DNA of 64,000 bases from an uncultured Candidatus Saccharibacteria bacterium (GTDB taxonomy: Bacteria; Patescibacteriota; Saccharimonadia; Saccharimonadales; CAIOMD01). The position numbers and the translations under genes were made by a program. The stretch spans positions 79,856 through 143,855 of the forward strand of contig CAZMHM010000003.1 of NCBI GenBank assembly GCA_964566135.1, in the 5' to 3' direction. The notes under the pieces are model-generated. The model had not been told where the DNA came from. It saw only the letters and a program-made list of their open reading frames with translations, and made no database searches. Positions 55,364 to 63,114 of this stretch are shown here, piece by piece (position 1 is the stretch's first letter; the number at the start of each line of letters is the position of its first letter).

Positions 55364-55930
55364 ATGAAGAACGCAATTATATTACATGGCAAGCCTAGTA
55401 AGGCGGAATATTTAGACCCAAATGTGCCGATGCCATACGAAAACCATTGGCTTGGTTGGCTGCAAAAGCAACTTTCAAATAGAGGAATATACACTGTTAA
55501 TCCTGATGTGGCAGAACCGTATGACCCGCAATATGATTTATGGCTTGATGCGGTAAAAGGTTTGCGTATAGACCACCAAACAACATTGGTTGGGCATAGC
55601 TGTGGCGCAGGGTTTTGGCTTCGCTATCTAAGCGAAAATCCACAAATTACCCCAGATAAATTATTGCTTGTAGCACCGTGGATAGATAGAGCTAAGCGCC
55701 CAGAGTTTTTTGATTTTACGATTGACCCTGATTTATCTAAACGGGTAATGGGGGGCATTGCGATTTTTAATTCACTCGATGATGGTGCCCAAATTCAAAA
55801 AACTGTCGCAGAAGTTGCAGCTGCATTACCGTCGGCCGAGCTACATGAGTTTAATGGCTACGGGCATTTTACGTACGGCACTATGCAAACCGATGAATTT
55901 CCGGAACTTCTGCAAGAAATTATCAAGTAA
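55364..55930 (+). CDS. Alpha/beta hydrolase of the YdeN/RBBP9-like serine hydrolase family
   Basis: MKNAIILHG starts the protein. The nucleophile elbow GHSCGAG and a C-terminal GHF are present. I prefer ATG 55364 over TTG 55337. Confidence 0.75.
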   Translation: MKNAIILHGKPSKAEYLDPNVPMPYENHWLGWLQKQLSNRGIYTVNPDVAEPYDPQYDLWLDAVKGLRIDHQTTLVGHSCGAGFWLRYLSENPQITPDKLLLVAPWIDRAKRPEFFDFTIDPDLSKRVMGGIAIFNSLDDGAQIQKTVAEVAAALPSAELHEFNGYGHFTYGTMQTDEFPELLQEIIK

Positions 55931-55986
55931 ACCTATCATACAAAGCACCGTTGATAGCGTACAATGGTAACAAATAAGGGGGCGTA

Positions 55987-56613
55987 ATGACCATTACACG
56001 ATATCCGCAAAGTTGTTTAGTTATTCAGAACAATGGGCACACAATTGTAATTGATCCGGGCACCGACTTCTTAGAATCGCATACAGTTGATGATTTGGCA
56101 GGTGTTGAAGCAGTTTTGTATACGCATCAACATGGCGACCATTACGATGCCAGCATCGAACACGCGTTGCGTGCAAAAGGGGCAGAGATTATTTGCAACG
56201 CTTCAACAGCTACACTCATTGAGGGCGATTGTCATGTCGTGAACGATGGCGATAGTTTTGAGGTGTTTGGCTTTAGTGTTGTAGCCCGTGAACTGCCACA
56301 TAGCTTGTTGCCCGATGGTGCAGAAGGTCCGCAAAATACTGGCTACGTTATTGATGGAGTTTTGTTTCATCCAGGTGATGGCAAGGACATTGATGATTTA
56401 TTAGTTGATACGTTAGCACTGCCAATTACTGGCCCTGATATCAGCATGAAAGACGCGTTTGATTTTGCAAAAAAGCTTGAAGCAAAAACAGTAATACCCA
56501 TACATTACGACAAACTCGGTGCAAGCCCAGATGTGTATAAAGCATTCGCAGATAGATTGCAGATGCCGTTCGAAACAATCGTTTTGGCAGATGGGGAAAG
56601 CATTGAGCTATGA
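55987..56613 (+). CDS. MBL-fold metallo-hydrolase
   Basis: SD AAGGGGG lies upstream. The HxHxDH motif (THQHGDHYD) is present. Confidence 0.85.
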   Translation: MTITRYPQSCLVIQNNGHTIVIDPGTDFLESHTVDDLAGVEAVLYTHQHGDHYDASIEHALRAKGAEIICNASTATLIEGDCHVVNDGDSFEVFGFSVVARELPHSLLPDGAEGPQNTGYVIDGVLFHPGDGKDIDDLLVDTLALPITGPDISMKDAFDFAKKLEAKTVIPIHYDKLGASPDVYKAFADRLQMPFETIVLADGESIEL

Positions 56614-57170
56614 AGCCCAGAAGGCTTTTGAGTAGAACCCAATTCGGTAACCCAATTCTGCGGACGCCGACGACTCGATTAACGCCATCCGAAATTACGA
56701 GCCCTGCGACTCAGCAGCTTATCAAAGATATGTTTTATACACTCGATAAAAAGAAGATGGGTGTTGGCCTTGCGGCAAACCAAGTAGGGTATGGCGTCGC
56801 AATAAGTGTCATTGGTATTAAAAAAACACCAGCCCGCAAAAATATAACACCCGTGACCATGGTTATTATTAACCCAGAGATTGTAAAAACGTATGGCTAT
56901 ACAACAGGGATGTGGGAGGGGTGTATAAGCTTTGCAAAAGCATTTGCTAAAGCCAAACGCTATAAAAAAATTCGCTTAAATTATTACGATGAAAAGGGCA
57001 TGCAGCACGAAGAAGACTTTGATGGTTTTTTGGCGCATGTGATGCAACACGAAACTGATCATTTACATGGTGTATTGTTTGTAGATAAAGTTAGGGACAC
57101 AAAAAGTTGGATGACAGAATCTGAATATATTAAAATGCGAAACCGTGAATTGAAAATTCACAAAACATAA
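56610..57170 (+). CDS. def: Peptide deformylase
   Basis: All three motifs are present: GVGLAANQVG, EGCIS and HETDHL. ATGA overlap with the MBL gene. Confidence 0.9.
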   Translation: MKPRRLLSRTQFGNPILRTPTTRLTPSEITSPATQQLIKDMFYTLDKKKMGVGLAANQVGYGVAISVIGIKKTPARKNITPVTMVIINPEIVKTYGYTTGMWEGCISFAKAFAKAKRYKKIRLNYYDEKGMQHEEDFDGFLAHVMQHETDHLHGVLFVDKVRDTKSWMTESEYIKMRNRELKIHKT

Positions 57171-57209
57171 GCATTTTACCTTACGCACCATTTTGCCTAT
57201 AATCAACAC

Positions 57210-57650
57210 ATGGCAGGAGAAAATAAAAACGAGCTCGTTATTCCAACTGACTTTCTTGAAACTGCTCGAGGTTTACAGCAAGAGCTAGCTAGGTTGCCAT
57301 TTGCTGACCGACACGCTGAAGCGGGGATGGCGATTGAGCTTCTGGGTCCGACAAAACAATATGCCGGAACGCCAACTGTAATCTTGCATGCGTTGAGTTC
57401 GTATATCGTACTCGAGAACATAGATAGGGCGGAAGTTGATACTTTGCCGCAAGACGAAATGATTATCAAGGGAAACATTGGCGGTATTGCATATCTTGAA
57501 GATGGGTTTGCTATCAGCAGTTTATGTGTTGCTATGCGCTCATCGACTGTCTTGTGGCGTCGACAAAGCACAGCTGCTTCCAGAAAGCGGATAGACGACG
57601 ATTTATATGTACCTGTATTTGCGGTGGAAAGTATTTGGGCTGCGGCATGA
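57210..57650 (+). CDS. Hypothetical protein A (146 aa)
   Basis: TATAAT (57198-57203) lies 6 nt upstream of the ATG. No recognised motif and no TM segment. ATGA overlap with the next gene. Confidence 0.55.
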   Translation: MAGENKNELVIPTDFLETARGLQQELARLPFADRHAEAGMAIELLGPTKQYAGTPTVILHALSSYIVLENIDRAEVDTLPQDEMIIKGNIGGIAYLEDGFAISSLCVAMRSSTVLWRRQSTAASRKRIDDDLYVPVFAVESIWAAA

Positions 57651-58153
57651 ATGAGCTAATACCCGTCGAGCATGTTAGCGCAGTGCGTGCTGTTGCGATG
57701 GCACAGGTACGTCATCATGCGCGCAGAGTGAACGTTTCTGAGGGAGATCCTCGGGCACATCGATTTGTATTATTTGATGATTCTGGTGGCGAAGTAGGCA
57801 GTGATTTAACGGATACGTACCTTGGAATTTCGGTTGCACGTTCTGGCTATCGACAACACACCATGCGCATATCATTCTTAGAAATGCTTTTATCAGAAGC
57901 AAACCGGTATTCAAATTATCGCGAAGTATACATGTTTGACTGGCTGGAAGGCGAGCGAGTATTTGCGCGTAAAAAAACAATCGAAAATGCAGGCAAAATT
58001 ATCACTACTAATACTAGCGCTAGTGGGCAGATGATTGATGTCGTTGAGCCCTCGACGACAGAGACACTCGAACCGATTGAAGTTGGTGACTGTATAGATT
58101 TATGCGAGAGAATGCTAGCAATAACGGAAAATATACGGCAGAAAGCGGCATGA
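57647..58153 (+). CDS. Hypothetical protein B (168 aa)
   Basis: ATG 57647 overlaps the upstream stop (ATGA). The track start at 57524 would overlap gene A by 127 nt. No recognised motif. Confidence 0.55.
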   Translation: MNELIPVEHVSAVRAVAMAQVRHHARRVNVSEGDPRAHRFVLFDDSGGEVGSDLTDTYLGISVARSGYRQHTMRISFLEMLLSEANRYSNYREVYMFDWLEGERVFARKKTIENAGKIITTNTSASGQMIDVVEPSTTETLEPIEVGDCIDLCERMLAITENIRQKAA

Positions 58154-58875
58154 GTGCAAAGTCAGCATTAATTGCAGAGCTTATGAGCCATTCTAATCAG
58201 GCGGATGCTGTCTTTTTACAGCGCTTTTTTAAGACTGGGCCTGGTGAGTATGGCGAAGGCGATAGGTTTTTGGGCTTACGCGTACCGCTAACGCGCAAGA
58301 TTACTAAGCAGTATGCCATGCAGCTAACAATCCAAGATCTTGATGCTATGCTGACAAATAAATGGCATGAAGTTAGGCTTGCAGCACTGGTTGCGATGAA
58401 CACGCAGTATCCTAAGAGTAATGCTAAGCATGATTTGTATGAGCTTTACCTAAAACATATCGGCAGTGGTATTAATAATTGGGATTTAATTGATATTTCG
58501 TGCCCGCGAATTGTTGGTGCGTATTTGTTCGACAAAGACAGGGCGCCATTGTACGAGCTTGCAAAGGGCGGATTATGGCAAAAGCGGGTAAGTATTATTA
58601 GCACATTTTACTTTCTTAAATACGGCCCAGACCCTATAGAAACGTATCAACTGGCTGAGCTTTTGGTGAACGAACAACATGACTTGCTGCAAAAAGCAGT
58701 TGGGTGGAGCCTGCGTGAAATGGGAAAGCTTGATGGTGAGTTGCTAAGGAGATTTTTAGATGTTCATGCCGCCACTATGCCGCGTACAGCTTTACGATAC
58801 GCACTCGAAAAAATTCCCGAAGCAGAGCGCCGCATCTATATGAACGCTAAAGCACAAATGGAGCTTGACTCATGA
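58150..58875 (+). CDS. AlkD/AlkC-family (HEAT-like repeat) DNA alkylation repair glycosylase-like protein
   Basis: LQRFFKTGPGEYGEGDRFLGLRVP and WSLRE are typical of the DNA_alkylation family. ATGA overlaps occur at both ends. Confidence 0.8.
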   Translation: MSAKSALIAELMSHSNQADAVFLQRFFKTGPGEYGEGDRFLGLRVPLTRKITKQYAMQLTIQDLDAMLTNKWHEVRLAALVAMNTQYPKSNAKHDLYELYLKHIGSGINNWDLIDISCPRIVGAYLFDKDRAPLYELAKGGLWQKRVSIISTFYFLKYGPDPIETYQLAELLVNEQHDLLQKAVGWSLREMGKLDGELLRRFLDVHAATMPRTALRYALEKIPEAERRIYMNAKAQMELDS

Positions 58876-59384
58876 CCCTGCGCGAAGCACCCAAACCGAC
58901 CCCAGACAAAACAGGTGTGAGCGCATTAGAACTCTTGCTTGATTCTGAGTGGGCGGAAGTTTCGCTCGAAACATTATTACTCAGAAGATTTGGTAGGCAA
59001 GCGCTCGTGTATACTGCGCCGTACGCGTATAGCATGGCCGAGCCTGGCGAAGTACCGCATAAAATTGTCGGAGATTATGTTCAGGGCGTTGCAAGGTTTT
59101 GTTGCACGCAGACAATAGAAGCAGTAGATGTAGCAAGACAACCAGGCCATACATTTGGGGTTATAGAAAATACTGGCGAAACGGTGTTAATACTTCGCAA
59201 TTTTACCGAGCTCGATTCTGAAAGGGTCGTCATAACTCCAGATTGTACTGTGCCGACGGTTGCATCTTATAACCCTTACATTGGTTTACCATTGACGGGC
59301 GATTCGCTGTTGTTTCCAGCCCGGTTCAGCAAAATTAGTGAACAGCCCGTGTATATTCCGCCGCAGCTTAAACTTGTCGAATAG
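58872..59384 (+). CDS. Hypothetical protein D (170 aa)
   Basis: ATGA overlap with the AlkD-like gene. No recognised motif. Confidence 0.55.
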   Translation: MTLREAPKPTPDKTGVSALELLLDSEWAEVSLETLLLRRFGRQALVYTAPYAYSMAEPGEVPHKIVGDYVQGVARFCCTQTIEAVDVARQPGHTFGVIENTGETVLILRNFTELDSERVVITPDCTVPTVASYNPYIGLPLTGDSLLFPARFSKISEQPVYIPPQLKLVE

Positions 59385-59399
59385 GCGTATACTTACGGT

Positions 59400-59951
59400 A
59401 TGGATCACGAACCAACGGATAACGTGCGTGAACTACAAACCGTTGCAATGCAACTTGATAGATTATTAGAGGCGGCCGAGCGCGACCTCGAAGCAATTGG
59501 ACCAAAATTAGATATTGATTTTCAGGGAATAGCGGATAGTTTTAGTGCCAAAACCGAAGAAGCCCGCGAGGATGACCCGAGGCATCCGTATGATTTTAAG
59601 AAACTTTTGGCGGCAGAAGACGAGGTTAACGAATCGTTAGCTGAGCAACTACCAATAGGCACACCTATGGCTATTGTTGCATACGAGCAGGCAAAACCAG
59701 GAGGCAGTATTAAGCGCGTTGATTACCAAGGCTGGTATTGTGACCTCAAGACGCGTAATGCGCTGGTTAACTGGGATAGCGCTGTTAACAAGGAACAATC
59801 CGATAAGCTGTTTGTGCAAAATGCCCAGGGTAAGCAATGCTTAGTTGCGCGCCTAACACTACGAGTAGTTGATGATGCAGCCGATGGCGGGTTTTCGTTC
59901 GTATATATTCCTATTGATAGAATTGTCTCGGCGCATCGTGCGAATCTCTAG
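59400..59951 (+). CDS. Hypothetical protein E (183 aa, acidic)
   Basis: TATACT (59388-59393) lies 6 nt upstream of the ATG. No recognised motif. Confidence 0.55.
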   Translation: MDHEPTDNVRELQTVAMQLDRLLEAAERDLEAIGPKLDIDFQGIADSFSAKTEEAREDDPRHPYDFKKLLAAEDEVNESLAEQLPIGTPMAIVAYEQAKPGGSIKRVDYQGWYCDLKTRNALVNWDSAVNKEQSDKLFVQNAQGKQCLVARLTLRVVDDAADGGFSFVYIPIDRIVSAHRANL

Positions 59952-59954
59952 ACA

Positions 59955-59983
59955 TTGAAATATCGCTAAATAGATGGTATAGT
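59955..59983 (+). promoter_or_regulatory. Promoter: TTGAAA, 17-nt spacer including TGG, then TATAGT, 8 nt upstream of ATG 59992
   Basis: -35 TTGAAA is at 59955-59960. The extended -10 TGGTATAGT is at 59975-59983. The track's GTG 59986 is only 2 nt from the -10, so ATG 59992 is the more plausible start. Confidence 0.55.
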
Positions 59984-59991
59984 AAGTGACT

Positions 59992-60516
59992 ATGCAATTT
60001 TTTGAATATGATCCTTCTGATTTACAGTCAGAAGAAGATATGACCCGCGCCGGTTGCGACGAACTGACCGAACTTAGGGATGTTATTCGTCCGGTTGCGT
60101 TTGATCTTGTGAGGCCAGAGGGCTTTCATCGCAACGGTACTGTTGAGTCATATGCATTTGACGAGTTTGTGTTTGATGACATTGACGAACAGGGTGTGCA
60201 AACAGAGACTGAATGTAATGGTAGTTTCTGGGTAGATGGCCTTAACCCGGACTCCTTTGGTTTGAGCTTAGTATTGTGCGAATCATTAGCGGCAAACACT
60301 GGCCAAGACGTACAACTTGTTAAGTCAATTGATATTGTTGTGCTTGAGGGCGTCGTAATCGGCGCATCGCTTAAAACGGGCTTGCTTGAAAATTTTGATA
60401 CTGTTTGTGATACTTCGGAAATCACGAGCTATGATGTTGGCGAATGGTTGGCGCGCCTCAAAGACTATGCGCTGCAAGTAAAAGAAGCAGCCCTAGAAGA
60501 CGAAAGCGACTTTTAG
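59992..60516 (+). CDS. Hypothetical protein F (174 aa, strongly acidic)
   Basis: Leaderless geometry at ATG 59992. No recognised motif. Confidence 0.55.
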   Translation: MQFFEYDPSDLQSEEDMTRAGCDELTELRDVIRPVAFDLVRPEGFHRNGTVESYAFDEFVFDDIDEQGVQTETECNGSFWVDGLNPDSFGLSLVLCESLAANTGQDVQLVKSIDIVVLEGVVIGASLKTGLLENFDTVCDTSEITSYDVGEWLARLKDYALQVKEAALEDESDF

Positions 60517-60553
60517 GCCAGCTTTCGGTTGATTGCTAGGGTATAATAGTTCG

Positions 60554-61849
60554 GTGAATGATCCGTATCTGCCAGTAGTTACTATCGAAAAACTTGTCCA
60601 TGGTGGACAGGGTATTGGCCAGCTTGCCGATGGTCGCAAGTGTTTTGTTTGGGGCGCACTACCCAGCGAAACAGTAGGCGTTCAACTAACAAAAAAGAAA
60701 CGCGACTGGTGCGAGGGCTTTGCAGTTGAAGTATTAGAGTCAAGTGCGGCTCGTATAGAGCCACGCGAACCCGAGATATATACTGCTACAAGCCCATGGC
60801 AAATCGCTGATTATGAGTTTGAAAAAACTGCAAAGCAGGCAATTTTAGCCGAGGCTTTTGAGCGTGAAAAAGTCGCAGTAACGTGGGACGATTTTTATCA
60901 GGATAACCAAGAGTTTGGATATCGTAACAAGATGGAATATAACTTCTGGTTCCATAACGATACCGAGCAAGTTGATTTAGCATTGCATGCTCGGGGTACT
61001 CATATGAAAATTGCGGTCAAGGGTAGCGCGTTAGCATTGTCCGAGATTAATACTGCAGGTGAAAGCCTGATTGCATATATAAATGAACATGCAATTGCGG
61101 CGCGCCGACTAAAAAGCGCGATGATACGTGCCACGCAGGATGGCAAAGTAGGGGTAATCCTATTCGTTGTTGACGAAGCGGTTGTAGATGCATTTGCAGA
61201 TTTTACGCATCAATTTGAAAGCTTCGAAATTATTTTTTCTAACCCAAAAAGCCCAGCGTCTGTTGCTACTGATGTACTTGTACGGCAGGGGAGTGAATAT
61301 TTGAGCGACACATTGCTTGGCCGAGATTTTCAATATACAACTCGTTCGTTTTTCCAGGTTAATATCCCAGTCTATGAAGCCGCCTTAAAAGAAATAGCGA
61401 CTTTCGCTGGCGAGCATGCGGACATAGATTTAATTGATATGTATAGCGGGGTTGGCAGCATTGGGCTGAGTGTCGTTGCTGACGGCCAGCACTTAATCAT
61501 GATTGAAACCGAGCGTGAATCTACGCTCCAGGCCGAACGTAACATGGAAGGTCGCACGAATTGTGAGGTAATTACTGCTACAGCCGAGTCTGCACTCGAA
61601 TATCTTAGCGGTGATAAGATAGTAATTTTAGACCCACCGCGTGCCGGGCTACACAGTGATGTAACGAATAAACTTATCGAAACAAAGCCTTCACGAATTA
61701 TCTACTTATCGTGTAACCCAAGTACTCAGGCTCGTGATGTTGGCTTGCTAGTAGCTGGCGGGTATACCATCACGCATGCACGTGGCTATAATTTCTTTCC
61801 GCGAACACCGCATATCGAAAGCCTTGTAGTCTTGGATACGGTACAATAA
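60554..61849 (+). CDS. TRAM-domain RNA (uracil-5-)-methyltransferase, RlmD/TrmA family
   Basis: TRAM N-terminus (LVHGGQGIGQLADGRKCFVWGALPSE). Motifs DMYSGVGSIG, LDPPRAG and YLSCNPSTQARD are present. I prefer GTG 60554, 6 nt after TATAAT (60542-60547). The track's TTG 60533 would lie upstream of that -10. Confidence 0.85.
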   Translation: MNDPYLPVVTIEKLVHGGQGIGQLADGRKCFVWGALPSETVGVQLTKKKRDWCEGFAVEVLESSAARIEPREPEIYTATSPWQIADYEFEKTAKQAILAEAFEREKVAVTWDDFYQDNQEFGYRNKMEYNFWFHNDTEQVDLALHARGTHMKIAVKGSALALSEINTAGESLIAYINEHAIAARRLKSAMIRATQDGKVGVILFVVDEAVVDAFADFTHQFESFEIIFSNPKSPASVATDVLVRQGSEYLSDTLLGRDFQYTTRSFFQVNIPVYEAALKEIATFAGEHADIDLIDMYSGVGSIGLSVVADGQHLIMIETERESTLQAERNMEGRTNCEVITATAESALEYLSGDKIVILDPPRAGLHSDVTNKLIETKPSRIIYLSCNPSTQARDVGLLVAGGYTITHARGYNFFPRTPHIESLVVLDTVQ

Positions 61850-61854
61850 AAGCT

Positions 61855-63114
61855 ATGAGTAATAAGCCGTTTTTTTGGGGTGCAAGTACTGCGAGTCATC
61901 AGGTTGAGGGTGGCACTACCAATCAATGGTCTGTGTGGGAGCTAAGTGTTGCTGCAGAGCACGCCAAACACGCCAAAAAAGAAATTGGCTGGATGCCAAG
62001 CTGGGAACGAATAGAGAAGCAGGCCACTGACCCAAACAATTACGTTTCGGGCAAGGGAATTGATCACTATAACAGATACCAAGAAGACTTTGATATCGCA
62101 AAAAAAATGGGCTTAAATGCCTTTCGATTTAGTATTGAGTGGTCGCGGTTAGAACCCGAAGAGGGAAAGTGGGACATTGTTGCCGTGCAACATTATCGTG
62201 ATTATATTGCTGCACTTAATAAGCGGGGTATAGAACCATTTTTGAATATTTGGCATTGGACTGTGCCGACATGGTTTGCAGATAAAGGCGGCTTTGCTAA
62301 GCAGAGCAATATAAAGTACTTTGATAGGCTTGTTAAGAAAATCAGCGAAGAGCTACTCGATAACGTGCGGTATGTTATTACCGTCAACGAACCAAATGTC
62401 TACATGGGCTTAAGTTACGGCAGTGGCTTGTGGCCGCCCCAAGAAAAAAATCAAGTAAAAGCAATCTGGGTTTACTGGAACTTGGCGCGTGCTCATAAAC
62501 GAGCATGGCGAATTTTAAAAGCCAAAAAGCCAAGCCTAAAAATTGGTGTCGCGCAACAGCTTGCAAATATTCAGGCGCTACGGCCAGGGAATTGGTTTGA
62601 TGAAAGCGTCGTAAAGGTAATGCGCTATTTCTGGAACTGGTGGTGGCTCAACCGTATTCGCAATTATCAAGATTTTGTTGGATTTAATTACTATTTTACT
62701 GATTACTACAAAGGTTTTAAGCGACAAAATCCTACAAAACCTGTCAACGATTTGGGCTGGTATATGTATCCCCAGGGCTTGTTGCCACTCATGCAACGTA
62801 TTGCTGCGCATTATCCGGGGAAGCCAATAATTATTACCGAAAACGGTCTTGCTGATAGCGAAGATGGCGAACGCTTGTGGTGGTTGCATGAAACTATGAA
62901 AGCGCTCGATACAGCAAAGTCACAAGATATTCCGGTTATTGGCTATTTGCACTGGAGCCTATTAGATAATTTTGAATGGGCCTACGGCTGGTGGCCAAAG
63001 TTTGGTTTAGTATCAGTAGACAGGGAACATGGCATGAAACGTACTTTGCGTCCAAGCGCAATTTGGTACGCAAAAGCAATTGCCAAGCGGAAGTTAGAAC
63101 ATGAAGATGTCTAG
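61855..63114 (+). CDS. Glycoside hydrolase family 1 (beta-glucosidase-like)
   Basis: FFWGASTASHQVEG is present. The acid/base motif TVNEPNVY and the nucleophile motif ITENG are both intact. Confidence 0.9.
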   Translation: MSNKPFFWGASTASHQVEGGTTNQWSVWELSVAAEHAKHAKKEIGWMPSWERIEKQATDPNNYVSGKGIDHYNRYQEDFDIAKKMGLNAFRFSIEWSRLEPEEGKWDIVAVQHYRDYIAALNKRGIEPFLNIWHWTVPTWFADKGGFAKQSNIKYFDRLVKKISEELLDNVRYVITVNEPNVYMGLSYGSGLWPPQEKNQVKAIWVYWNLARAHKRAWRILKAKKPSLKIGVAQQLANIQALRPGNWFDESVVKVMRYFWNWWWLNRIRNYQDFVGFNYYFTDYYKGFKRQNPTKPVNDLGWYMYPQGLLPLMQRIAAHYPGKPIIITENGLADSEDGERLWWLHETMKALDTAKSQDIPVIGYLHWSLLDNFEWAYGWWPKFGLVSVDREHGMKRTLRPSAIWYAKAIAKRKLEHEDV

